Positions 43,876-57,057 of a DNA stretch of 64,000 nt are shown here, piece after piece. The DNA is from Octopus sinensis. Lineage: Eukaryota. The notes beneath the pieces are model-generated. The model was not told where the DNA came from and made no database searches. It saw nothing but the letters and a program-made list of their open reading frames with translations. The stretch is taken from contig NC_042997.1 in NCBI RefSeq assembly GCF_006345805.1, positions 166,284,001 to 166,348,000 on the forward strand, in the 5' to 3' direction. Position 1 is the stretch's first letter. Each line of letters starts with the position of its first letter. The position numbers were made by a program, and so were the translations under genes.

Positions 43876-44095
43876 TTAACCTTTTTACATCCAGATTATT
43901 CCATCAAATGTAATGCTTATTCTTTCACATTGTTTTGAATTAATCATGCATTACCTTGTAGCTTCAACAGCTTAAGGATGTGACTTCATTTTTAGACTGA
44001 CAATGTGGAGTGGATGAGAGGCCAGGTTTGGTTGGTATGAATATAAAACAGAATATTTAGACAAGATATCACTGCTTTCAATGCTAAAGGGTTAA
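43876..44095 (+). mobile_element. piggyBac-type MITE family A, copy 5
   Basis: TTAACCTTTTTACAT ... AATGCTAAAGGGTTAA with the same body. Confidence 0.72.
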
Positions 44096-44133
44096 AGTAA
44101 ACCGTTCCATCAAAATTCATGTTAATTTATGTT

Positions 44134-44280
44134 GGCGTGGCTGTGCAGTAAAAAACTTGCTTCCCATCCACAGGGTTCTGGATTCAGTCACCTTGGGCAA
44201 GTGTCTTCTACTATAGCCTCAGGCTGACCAAAGCCTTGTGAGTGGAATTGGTAGACGGAAACTGAAAGAAGCCCATTATC

Positions 44281-44341
<61 letters not shown>

Positions 44342-44561
44342 TTTGTGTCTGTGTTTGCCCTCCCACCATCACTTGACAACTGATGTTGATGTGTTTACAT
44401 CCCCATAACTTAGCAGTTCGGCAAAAGAGACCAATAGAATAAGTACTAGGCTTACAAAGAATAAGTCATGGGATCAATTTCTTTGACTAGAACTCTTTAA
44501 GGCAGTGCTCAAGTATGGCTACAGTCAAGTGACTGAAACAAGCAAAAGAATAAAAGAATAA
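44134..44561 (+). mobile_element. tRNA-derived SINE family 1, inserted in a family-B MITE
   Basis: Same head, core and tail. Confidence 0.85.
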
Positions 44562-44589
44562 TAAGAGCCAAGTTATTTTGATAAGTGAA

Positions 44590-44925
44590 GATGCATGACT
44601 CAGTGGTTAGAGCATCAGGTTCATAATCATGAGGTAGTGAGTTCAATTCCTGGACCGGGCTGTGAGTTGTGTTCTTGAACAAAACACTTTATTTCATGTT
44701 GCTCCAGTTCACTCAGCTGTAGAAATGAGTTGGGACATCACTGGTTTCAAGCCATCTCAGCCTTTGCCTTTTCCTTAGATAACATCGGTGGTGTGGAGAG
44801 GAAAGGCTGGCATGCATGGGCGACTGCTGGTCTTCCATAAACAACTTTGCCCAGACTTATGCCTAGGAGGGAAACTTTCTAGCTGCAATCCCATGGTCAT
44901 TCATTACCAAAGGGAGTCTTCTTCT
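44590..44925 (+). mobile_element. tRNA-derived SINE, head/body H2 + tail Z (second copy on - strand at 59022-59335)
   Basis: GACTCAGTGGTTAGAGC head, GAGTTCAATTCC B box, tail ...TGCAATCCCATGGTCATTCAT.ACC.AAGGG.GTCTT. Confidence 0.8.
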
Positions 44926-45533
44926 TTTGATAAATTCCCCATTATTTACAAAACTAATTGAAATAAAGGCAATGTATTTCAATAGAAATATGATAACAAA
45001 AGGGTCAAACAAATGGACCTTTTATAGAAAGTAGAAATTTTGTTGAAAAAGATTCAGTTGCTATGCTGGCAGTTCCTAAACAATGCCACAACCCTAAAAT
45101 GACTTGTAGGGTAGTCATAATGAGGAAAATATGGGTTACAGTGGTGAGAATGATGATAACAAAAATGGTGGTGACAACTATTATTTGTAGTATTATGTCT
45201 TAAAATATAAATGCTTTAAGGAAGAAATTCTTCAAAAACAAATATATAACAAGGAAAAAGTATTTGCTAAATGAAAGTTGCTGCTGTAATTAGATGCCTG
45301 CAACCCTCAGGCTTCATTTCTCAATTTCATTTCCTCTAATTAATACTAATGAGCAATTTACGAAATAAACAAATGAAAAGCAATAAAGTTCTAGTACCTA
45401 ACAAAATAATTAGTCATCCATTAATATGGTGCAAAAAGTAATGACATATGATTCAAAACTAATTATTAAGACAGTTTTTGTAAAGATATTTTTATTTAAA
45501 AAAAACAGAAAACCCAGTAGAAAAAGCACTTAC

Positions 45534-45600
45534 CAAAATATTCATCATAAAGATTATCTTTAAAAACAAGAACAGTTGGACTCCTGGTCATCCTTACATG
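45534..45600 (-). CDS. TMX3: TMX3 internal exon (67 nt, phase 0 to 1)
   Basis: TTTTTCAG|HVRMTRSPTVLVFKDNLYDEYF G|GTAAGT. Matches human YVTLKEMPAVLVFKDETYFVYD (P.VLVFKD..Y). Confidence 0.85.
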
Positions 45601-45659
45601 CTGAAAAATTAGAATTATTTCTAACATGAAAATACAGTGTAAATATATATATATATATA

Positions 45660-46909
45660 CAAGGTTGGACAAAATAATGGAAACACCTAGCATCATAGCA
45701 TCTATAAAACTGTCAAAAGCTTGTTTATTTTTATGTTTTTGATTTATTATTAGTGTTGCTTAATATGTTTTGTTAAAATTGCTGTTTCTTTTCAGACATC
45801 ATCAGAAAAAGGTAATTAAAATTCATTAAAATGACAGATCTATTGGACTTTCACACAGGGCAAATTGTTGGTGCTCGTATGGCAGGTGCTAGCATAACAA
45901 AACAGCTGAAATGTTTGGTGTATCAAGAAGTACTGTCTCAAAAGTAATGACAGCTTGTGAGAAAGAGGGAAAAATCTCCTCGTCAAAACAAAACTCTGGA
46001 AGAAAACCAAAACTTTCAGATAGGAACCGTCAGACTCTTACGTGAATTGTTAGAAAGGATCACAAAAGTACAGCTCCCAAAATTACTGCAGAGCTTAATT
46101 ACTACCTCAAGAACCCAGTTTCCACAAAAACTGTTCACCAAGAGCTGCACAAAGCTGGATTTCGTGGGAGGGCTGCAATCAGAAAACCACTACTTTCAAA
46201 AACAAACGTTGCAAAGTGTTTAGAGTAGAGTAAAAACCTACAGAATTGGTTCCTAGGCAGTGGAAGAATGTTATTTTCTCAGACGAGTCATCCTTTACCC
46301 TATTTCTGACCACCAGTTGAGTATACATGTGGAGACAGCCAAAAGAGGCATTTGACCCAGACTGTCTTCTTCCAACTGTTAAACATGGAGGAGGATCTGT
46401 GATGATGGGGGGTGGGGCTATATCTTGGAAATCTGCCAGCCCAATGGTTTCTCTTCATGGCAGAATTAATAGTGAAGACTATTTAAGCATTTTATCTGAG
46501 CAAATTCATCCTATGGTTGCGGAACTGTTTCTCGACAGAAAAGCAATCTTTCAGGATGATAATGTATGAATTCACACAGCTAAAGTTGTTACTGAATGGC
46601 ACAAGGAACATTCTAGTGAAGTTGAACATCTTATCTGGCCACCATAGACCCCAGATCTCAATATCATTGAACATTTATGGTGCATTTTAGAAAAAACAAG
46701 TAAGGAGTCTATATCCTCCACCATCATCACTACAAGAACTGGAGACTGTTTTAGCTAAAGGACAAAAATTCCTTTGGAAACAATTCAACTTTGTACGAGT
46801 CCATACCTCATAGAATTCAAGCTGTAATTACTGCCAAAGGCAGTCCTACCTCATTAAAACAAATTTGTTTGAAATTTTAAGGTGTTTCCATTATTTTGTC
46901 CAACCTCTG
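45660..46909 (+). mobile_element. Full-length but inactivated Tc1-family DNA transposon
   Basis: TIRs CA(G)AGGTTGGACAAAATAATGGAAACACCT at both ends, each flanked by TA. Broken transposase from ATG 45831: MTDLLDFHTGQIVGARMAG, SGRKPKLS, KPLLS, FSDES, TVKHGGGSVM, FQDDN, WPP.SPDLNIIE. Multiple stops and frameshifts. Confidence 0.92.
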
Positions 46910-49421
46910 TATGTGTACATATACATATTCATATACATGATGTACAATTAAAAAAAGACAAAGAATGAATTTAGCACATCTTTATCATTTGTTACAACTG
47001 TTTCAGTACCACTCAGATTTCTAATTCCATTACACAAAGATGATTCCATGTGAAAACTAGCACAATTTTTACAGTTGATTATATTGAAGTGGCACTTCAT
47101 CAGACTAACATCAAAATGTATCCTCTGACACTGTGCCAGTAGAATTGCAATTTTCCTCAAAATTCCAATTCTAAAGTGTAGGAATCCTAGAGCTTGGGCT
47201 GAGTGCTGCATTGGAAATACACCAATTTTCTACCCTATCAGTATCTACACTACTTTTTGCTCTAAACTTGCAAAATATTTTCTACACACACACACACGCA
47301 TCCTCATCATTGTTTAATGTCCGTTTTCCATGCTGGCATGGATTGAAATTCTAATTTGAAATATAATAAATAGCAAAACAGTTATATTTTTCTTCAAATT
47401 TTGGATATAATGAAAGGATGAAAAACTGATTTAAAATATTAAACAACAAAAAGGCCCTGCATGTATTCAGATTGGATAAACATTCTCATATTGAAAATTT
47501 TGGAAATTTTACATAGAACAAGATACTCTGCTAGCTTCTTCAGTGATGAACAACAATTTATAACCATTTTTATATTTTAATTCTTTAATTACTTTCATTT
47601 CTTCTCATAACCACCACTGTCACCACCCCCATCATCCTCACTGCCCAATTCTCATCATAAGTCTCATAATTCAAAGTATTGTTGGAACATCAAAAAAGAT
47701 TTTCGAACAAGCATACTCAATATAATCGGTTTCTTTTCAGGAGCTTCAAAAAAAAACTAGCTCTTCTTTCTTCTAAGGCACTGCTTCCAGAGAGAGTTTT
47801 TGAAAACCAGTTGTTTGGATGCTGTAACTACTCTTTTAGCTTCCATTTTTTTGGGAGGGTTGTTGATAACAGGTCTTCAAAGAGGCTCCTGATTTCCAAA
47901 GCTCAGCCTAATACTTCATATATATCATAAGCATGTATGTCAGTTTGGTTTAGAAGCTAAGAATATTGTTGTTCATAATCCAAGACAGTATTTAGCTTGG
48001 CAGCACTACCTATAAATGTACATTCAATAATAGAAGACCTTTGTTCATCACAAACCTGTACCCCGATTTCTAGCCATCTGTCACTGTCTCCTCATACTCT
48101 TATGAAACCACCCACTCTTTCCTTCCTTTCTGATCTTCTATACATATCCTCTCTTATGCTCATCTTGTACTTTGAGGGTTTGTTCAGCCCATCCCCTCAC
48201 TTCAGATAATACACACACACACACAGAGTCAAGGAGATTTCTTCTTTTTCCTGTTATTTTCATGTTTTGCAAGTTTTTCAGCAACCTCACAAGTGCTGGT
48301 GGCACAAAAAAAGAGCATCCAGTACACACTATAAAGTTATTAGTGTCAGGATGTGCATCCAACCATAGAATCATACCAAAGCTGACACTGGAGCTCAACA
48401 CAGCTCTGCAGCTTGCCATCCCCTCAAACTGTCCAAACCATGCCAGTATGGACGATGATGATGATGATGACAATGACTAGGACGTTTGATTTTTTAGAAG
48501 TTAGCTGATAGTAGTAGCTCTTTAGAGTTTTATTTCCTGGTCATTCCCTTTGAATTTCACTTTTGATGCATGATATTTTTTATTCTTCTAGTATTTTTGA
48601 TATTCTCTAGACAATCACAGATTGCACAGGCAACTTTAATGACCTATGCATTTAACCCCTCAAACCAGCTCCTAAGTTACAATCTGTATTTACTAATTAA
48701 GCAGTAAAGATTTGGAGTTAACTATTTCTGTGCTATTTGAACATTCTTGCTTACTTCAGCCTGTGGTATTTTGAAGAAAAGAAGAATTTAGGATTTGAAA
48801 GAGTTGAACATTAGGGAAAGAAAAATAAAAGGAGAATAAAATTTAAAATGCCACTTAAATGTCTTCAACAGATGTTGATTATACTTTTCCCATGCTGTAG
48901 TATTCTCATTGCTATCAGGTGATAACATGCTCCAATCATTATATAAACATTTCTCTTAGATGGTTTCACTGATCAATCCCATATGCTTCAAAATCATTAC
49001 TTCTTTCTCCTCCTTTTATCTGCAAATGTTCTCTCACAACATACATTTATGAATGGGCTGTAATGTAAGTTCTAAATATCTCCTTCCATAACCAAGTCTT
49101 CTTTCTCCCAATTTCAATTTGTGAATATGCTGAAGTGTGCATTTTATCATAAGTAACAGCTTTAATATTTGAAACTTTATTCTGGATAACAAAATACTGA
49201 ATGTTTGAAATTTTGTTTTAGATTAAAGTTTCATTGAGAGAGAGAGAGAGAGCATTCATTCATACAGTAAGCTAACATGTTAAATCATGTAATCTTAAGA
49301 AAATATATGAGAATGTTTGCATACATATGTTATTTACGTAACATATTTCAACCACAGTTCTGTTCTGACAACTTTGAAGAACAAATCATTCATCAAGATC
49401 TTAGAGGAAAAAGGGAGCAAT

Positions 49422-49559
49422 TTAAGCTTTAGAACACTGTAGGTGCATCCTGCTGTCATATGAGTTTTCTCCCCTCTTAATACAACACAGTGTGCTTGCA
49501 GCTACAGGAGAGAAAACTCATATGGTGACATGATGCACTTTGAGCATGCTAAAGGTTAA
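49422..49559. repeat. TTAA-flanked fold-back (hairpin) element
   Basis: Perfect 15-bp inverted repeat CATATGAGTTTTCTC (49457-49471 / 49510-49524), extended by imperfect arms out to MITE-A-like termini. Confidence 0.8.
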
Positions 49560-49643
49560 TCAATCCTACCATTTTTTCCTTTCCTATTGTGTCATAATGG
49601 TTATATAAAACTTGAAACAGAGGCAAAACGATGTTATACTTAC

Positions 49644-49721
49644 TGGTGGTAATACTCTGCTTTCCCCCACATAAAAATAGCTTTGGATCAGTTGTCTCCT
49701 AGCTGTCAATACAAACTTTTT
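49644..49721 (-). CDS. TMX3: TMX3 internal exon (78 nt, phase 0 to 0)
   Basis: T-rich tract + CCAG|, then KKFVLTARRQLIQSYFYVGESRVLPP|GTAAGT. Same 26-aa length as the human segment EKYIDAASELIVYTYFFSASEEVVPE. Too short for the ORF track. Confidence 0.75.
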
Positions 49722-49869
49722 CTGGAAAAAAAAAACCCATTAAAATATGTATAAAGGAAAAAAATCTCAGGAGTAATGAAAAAAAAATTATGACCAGATA
49801 TAATCTGGTGTTAGTAGAAGAGATTAGTAAATTGTAATATAATGAAATAAAGTAAATGGCATTGCTCCT

Positions 49870-50086
49870 ATCTTTTTTTTTTTCTCTTTTTTACTTGTTT
49901 CAGTCATTTGACTGCGGCCATGCTGGAGCACCACCTTTTAGTCAAGCAAATCGACCCCAGGTTTTATTCTTTGTAAGCCTTAGTACTTATTCTATCAGTC
50001 TCTTTTGCCGAACCGCTAAGCAACGGGAACGTAAACATACCAGCATCAGTTGTCAAGCGATGTTGGGGGGACAAACACACACACAC

Positions 50087-50174
<88 letters not shown>

Positions 50175-50334
50175 CGAAAGGCTTCTTTCAGTTTCCGTCT
50201 ACCAAATCCACTCACAAGGATTTGGTTGGCCCGAGGCTATAGTAGAAGACACTTTCCCAAGGTGCCACGCAGTGGGACTGAACCCGGAACCGTGTGGTTG
50301 GTAAGCAGGCTACTTACCACACAGCCACACAGCC
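49870..50334 (-). mobile_element. tRNA-derived SINE family 1, young copy
   Basis: Reverse complement closely matches the 41703 copy. Confidence 0.88.
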
Positions 50335-52780
50335 AATTGTCTACAATTTGTATTGAGTGAAGTCAACATTTACAGATATTCTATAGTCCATATAAGAAAT
50401 AAACTATTATATCTATATATGTAAGAAATGTGACACTGTATTTAAAAATTATGAGTAGTTGAATGTCTACTGAATGTATACTATAAATTTCATTGTTTTA
50501 TTTATAAATGAGGAGCCTTGGTGGTAGGATTAAACTACAGTAGCTACTCTGATGATCAAAGCCCGTTGAAGAATATTTGGAATGAGATTTGACACAATTG
50601 ACAACACAAAGAATGTAATACTGTGCAAACTGGAAAGAATCAATTTTGCAGACAGTTAGAAATGTCAAAAAGAGTCAAAAGGATCAGTAATTGTCAAGCA
50701 AGAAATTCAACAAAAAAATTATGCATCCTCAGGCCAAACTGTAAAACCATTTAGCTAAAATTTAAAATAAGTACTCTTTTCATTTTCATTTGAGTGATTG
50801 ATGACATAAAGGGCATCCAGCTATAAAGTAACTGGTTTAGAAATGTATGCTACATGTGCCAAATTACAAAAGCATTCAACACATGGTAACTGGATGCTTA
50901 AAAAAATTAGATGAAAGCTATTTCACACTCAAATGCCAGAATGGGAATAAACTTGTAAATAATATATTCTAGTTAATTTTATGAAACAGCTATTTTAGTA
51001 TGCATTAAGCAAATATATATGTGTATACACACATGCATGCCTACACATGATAAAATAATAAATACAGGGTGTTAATAAAATAGACAAAAAAGGAACATAA
51101 TCCAAAATTAGGGCAACAATTAATTAAACTGCGTCTTAAAAACAAAACCAAACAAACGTATACAAAATAGATTTGTAAAAGCAACTAAAAAATGAAAAAG
51201 AAAATATTTATGAGACATTTCCTAACAGATATGCTAACTTAAAATATAAGTAAAGAGACTAAACGTAGAAGTAGAAGAGTAAAAATTTAATTGCCTAAGC
51301 TTGACTGCTTTCAGTTAACATTTTACTAAATAGTATTAATAATAATAAAGTTCTCTCCATACTCAATTCAGGCATTTTATTTGCTAACGAATAGTCTTCA
51401 ACAGCAATAAGAATTCAGCATTTTCCTCAACATTAAGTCTAATATTTCAAATATATTTTACAATATATATCAAGTCTTAATTGCTACCAATTTTTGGAAA
51501 ATTTCTCTCTCATCTATTTCCCCATTTCTCCCTCCTTCTCTTTCTACATTATAAAGTAACCTTATTCTTTCAGACAAAAAATCTATTAGTCCATTAACTT
51601 TCAGAACATTGCAAATGTTATACCAGATAGTTGGGTAACCTTTTAAAATATTTTATCGGTTTCACATACATTTTAAACTCAACAATACCAACACTGCTGC
51701 CACCACCATTACCACAACTATAGCAGCATCAGCAACAATTTAATATCCCCAACATCATGTTGACATAGTTTGAAGAACACTGTAATATGACATCTTCCAA
51801 AGTTTTTTGACCCCTGAATGTTTTCCTCTGAAAGCTACTTACTAATAATCAACTCCAATGGATTTTTTTTTTACCTAACTCTAAAATCCCGCATCTTCCA
51901 CTATTATTGCAATGTACTTCATCATTTAACATACAGAATCCATTCAGATTTTAAATATATGCTAGTAAATACATCTCTAACAATAAATTCATCTTTTGTT
52001 GGTTTTTTTTTTTTTTGGTTTTTTATTTTTGGTTTTTTTGATACTGGTTTATATTTTCAATAACTACCCAATTGCTTCTTAAACTCATCATCATCATTTA
52101 ACATTTGTTTTCCATGGGCTGAGTCTATCTTTGAATATACTCAGAATCCTCAAAAGCTTACTATATCTTTGAAGATCACATTACATATTATACTTAACTT
52201 GCTCTTCTTCAGATGCTGATGTCAATGCCCTAGTTTATTATATATAACACTTCTCATACAGGTATAATATAATCTGTTCAATTTACAGAGATAAAATATT
52301 TTTGTTGTTTACAATTACCCCATACAACTAACAGAATTTATCTACTAGTTCTAACAAACTTTCTGGCAGAACAAGGTATCCAGCAATTGTCTACCAGTTC
52401 TGTTCCCTACAAAAAGATCTAATGGCACCACTTACTGAATATACTAACATAAACAAGCCAATGAGCAAGTCTGTATATAATCACCAAGTCTACTAGAAAT
52501 AGCAGCAAAATCACTTAGCAAATCATTTTTCTATCTTTAAAAATAACACATTTGATAATATGAAGTAAAAGATAGAATAAACACAGGTGGATGACATTTG
52601 ATCATCAGTTTGTTCAGTCAGAACTGACCTGAGGCTAAATAACAACTACTTAATAATTAAATCTATTCTATAGGAATTTCATGAAGAAGCAAGAATGAAT
52701 AGGAAAGATTTTGAATAGGAAGGATTTTGACACAGTAGCAGTAAGTAAAAAAGAAATTAGTGTATGAAGTATGTTTAGAC

Positions 52781-53300
52781 CAGGAGTAGGGAAACCCTTG
52801 CCCATAGGTGCAAATGCACCTGTGAACACATTCTATTGTGCCCAAAGGCTGATATACTCATGTGTACAAAATATAATAAATTTTTCAATTATGAAATTTA
52901 TACAATATTCATATGCCTATTTGCAACATAAATCGTGTTTCCACTACAACTTAAAATGGTTAGACTCAAAAAGAAATTGTTCCTTTTGAATGGAAATTTT
53001 GTTTTCACTATAAAACATATATTGCTAAGTTTGTACCACCCCCTTGAGACCAAACTACACTTTAGCTGAAAGTTATAGGATACCACATAGGTAATATAAA
53101 CATCCTAAATTCAGTGGCGGCGTTAATTAAGATGTTATGTGTTAATTTAATGTATTAAACTTATCTTTATTAATGTATATCGAATTATACATAGTTATAT
53201 ACAAGATTTACACAGATATAAGAGTTAGAACTTGTGGTCCACCCGCAGACTTCTTTCATTGGAAATTCTTGCCCGCAGCACTAAAGTTTCCCCACCCCTG
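52781..53300. mobile_element. hAT-superfamily MITE (520 bp)
   Basis: TIRs CAGGAGTAGGGAAAC / GTTTCCCCACCCCTG (13/15). 8-bp TSD GTTTAGAC (52773-52780) / GTTTAGAT (53301-53308). Confidence 0.8.
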
Positions 53301-56300
53301 GTTTAGATGAAGAGTTAAATGTAATAATTCATTGTAGTCATGTATTATGATTATCATCATAATCAAAACCATTAGGAGTTTAACATTGATTGTTCTATAC
53401 CAGCATGGTTTGAATGGTTTATTAATTTTTTTAAGCAATTTTTCCTTTTTAGCATAAACACAACAGCTTTATTCAGAAATTTGGACATTTATTTATTCAG
53501 AAAGTGGTACCTTATTATCATACAAATAAACCAATAGAGTAAAATGCTTTTCTTTTATCATTATTATTATTATTATTATTATTATAATTTGGCACTGGAG
53601 TAAGGGACAGTGTCTACAGCCTTTGAAGGCCATCTGAGACTGGAGAGACTGATACTGTTAGCATTCTGTTCAAAGTGTTGCAAATCAATGACTGAGGAAA
53701 GACACATGCAGGGAAAGATTTCCAGAGATTTAACATTCAGAGAGAGAGGGAAAAAAAACCAAGTGGTTAGTGTGGCACCCAAACAGTTGGTCATAGCATA
53801 GATGATAAAAAGAGGAGAAATGAGTGAGACGAGATGCCTGTTGGAAGGTGGCATGAGACCAGATAAGTCCAAGAAGTAGAGACTGCTGTAGGAGCAGTAG
53901 AGAAGGCAGAGAGGGATTAAGATTAGCATAAAGGAAGGATATAATGACAGCAAAAATTGGAACTCAAAACATTTAAAGAGGATCAAGCAGCACAGTCAAA
54001 GGAAAAGGTGTAGGATCCATAGGACTCCTTTAGATTTTAATGCTGAAAAATGAATGAAGATTACCCATCTGCTGGATGGATAATGTCAGTGTGCTTATTC
54101 AGCAGAGTGTAAATGATTTAAGAGAAAAACTGGATATAAGAAGCATTAGATGTAGTGAGCTAGAGAGGAGATTGCACTGGTATGATCATGTGATGCCTAT
54201 GGATGAGGACTGCTGCATAAAGATATGCTGATCTTTAATTGTAGGGAACTTGTGGAAGGAGTAGACTGTGGAAGGTATGGGACGAAGTAGTAAGAAAGGA
54301 TCTTCAAACATTTGGCCTCACACGAGACCAAGACTCCTAGCATTTGTGGCACTTGAGAAGACACATGAAGCTAAGTAAAACTGTGGTTGTCCATACATAC
54401 AGGGATGTCCTCTATACCACTCTCTCAGCAGAGAGGTCCTTCCCTTGAGGGCTCACAGGTACTGGTGTCACATAAAAACTGCCCATGCTGGTGCTACATA
54501 AAAGCACTCATGCCAGTGCCACATAAGACCACTCATGCTAGTGCCATATAAAAGAACCCATGTTGCTGTCACAGAAAAGCACCTGTACTGGTGCCACATA
54601 AAAGCACCTGTGCTGTTGCCACATAAAATTGTTTGTCAGTGTGACATAAAAGCACTCATGCCATGTAACAGCACTTGTGCCGCTGCCAGTCTTGGTGCCA
54701 GATAAAAGCACCCATGCTGGTGTCACATAAAAAGCACTTAGTACATGCTGTGAAGTGGTTGATGTTAGGAAGGGCATCTAACCATAAAAACCATGCCAAA
54801 ATAGACAATTGGAATCTGAGCAGCTCTCTAGTCAGCTTGTTCCTGTCAAACTATCCTACCCATGCCAGCATGGAAAGCAGACGTTAAATGATAATGATAA
54901 ATATATTAATATAGATAATGTTTCATAGGTGGAATGTATGTGTTGCAGTTGATGAAAAGTAAAGACAGAAAAAGGGTTGGACATAATATTACTGACTTGA
55001 AATAAGTGATAGGTGTTTCAGAGATGGTAAGGCAGTTTGTCATCATCACTTGTCTTTGTCTTTTGTTTTCAGTAAATTTGAACTATGTATTGAATATACT
55101 TGATAAATTTAACTGTACTTTCACTCAGGTAAGAAAACCGTGGAAGGCCAGAAATATGTGGGTGAGTAGAGCAAGAACAAGATGGTAAAGACATTGTTAT
55201 TGAGATGGAGACAGGAGTGGAGAGATGACAACAGTAGAGGTGGTCAAAAGCAAGAGTTCATGATGGGTGACAACAGAAGTGGCTCAGAAGAGGTGAGGAG
55301 ACAGTGAAGAGATGACCATAGGGAAAGAATGAGGTAGATTTTATTGGATATGGCTCAATAGTCTCGAATACAGAGGCTTAGAGTTGGGAAAGAGTAATAG
55401 AGTGATGAAGATGGTCTGATGCAGTTCCTGATACATAGGCTTAGTGAAGGAGGAGGGTAGCAGAGTAGTCCTCATCATATTACCACACTCATCAAATGCA
55501 GTCTCATATGCACAGGCCTAGTGTAGGAGGAGGTGGCAGAGTGGTGAGGATGATGGTAGAGTGGGACCATTTGTCACTTGCTAGGATCACATAGTGAAGA
55601 GATTAGAGATGATGCCGTATGAATGATACGGAGATGACTGAAGTGAACAGAATGATGAGTGAAGGAGGGAAGGTAAGTAGCAGTAGATAAGAAGGGATCA
55701 GAGATACCAGGGATGGCAGCAAATATAAGCTTGGTAGGATACATTTATAAACAGCCTCTATCACTACCCTTGCTTATTTCAATGTATTTCAATTGCTGCA
55801 GGACATCACGGCTTCTGCAGCACTGATTATCCAACGGTTTAAATTCAAGCGATGTTCTGTTAGCCACTGTATTCATATACTGCATCACACTTTGCTATTA
55901 TAATAATATATTTCTGAGGAGCTATCATACATTACATAAATATCTATATGTTCCAGGTGCCGAAACATTCATTCTTTTCTACAGCTGACCAATGCCTAGT
56001 GAGTGAATTTGGTAGAAAGAAACTGCATGGAAGCCAGTCATGTGTGTGTGTGTGTGTGTATGTGTTCCCTCCCCACACTACTTGACAAGTGGTTTGTTTA
56101 TGTCTCTGCAGCTAAATAGTTTGGCAAAAGAGACCAGTAAAGAAAGAGACTTTAAAAAATAAGTGCTGGGGTCAATTTGTTTGACTAAACCCTTCAAGGC
56201 ATCACTGCACTTTAATGATTGAAATAAGTAAAAGATAAAACATTATTGACCAAATGCAAGGGTGTGCTTTCCAAGAACAATGCTTTGTGAAGTCACTGTC

Positions 56301-57057
56301 ATCTATATTCAAAAACCTGTCATCACCTCTGCTTTATCCATGTCAACATCTTCCAAAAACCTGACATAAAATTGTGTTGGTGGCAACTGAAAACATGGCT
56401 GCTTGCCTTCAAAGCAAACAACACATTGATAGATAGTCAAAATATCTATTATTGATCATCAATGAAGGTATGTACAGTTTTGATCAGATCAGTAACAACT
56501 GATAGTTGATGGAAGTTATTCTGGGAACATGACTCAAACCTTCAAGAAGGATATTGATGTAATACCGTATACAATTTCATCTAATTTCTTTACCCAATAA
56601 TATTTTATAATTACAATAGCTATTACTGCTATTTTACACTTGTTTACTTTGTTTAACTTGCAGTTTAAATCGCATGAATCACTTTTCATTAATTACAAAT
56701 CTCATACTGAACACTTAACTTAATCCTTCACTTCTTGTAACTGCATCTCTCTATAATAAAATTCTTATGATTTAATAATTTACACTCATTAATAGAGTAA
56801 CCTCATATCCAGCCAGTATAATAGAGCCTATAGAACCACAATCTTTCTCATTTGGAACATCAAGCAAGAATAAAAAAGTAAAACATGGGAAAAGTACTTA
56901 AGAAGTATGCAAATTTGAAAACAGTAAGTTATAGCACAAAATTTTCTCAAGAGTGCCAAGTAAATCCAACTATTTATTTGATCATATTTTACTGACATAC
57001 TGATTGACAAATAAGAAATTGTGCACAACAGAAGGGTTGAATAAATATAAATAAAAA

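Noticed and set aside
55740-55900. Open minus-strand frame of about 50 codons after an AG (QSVMQYMNTVANRT...)
   Set aside because: No good donor and no similarity to TMX3; the flanking TMX3 exons already join without it.
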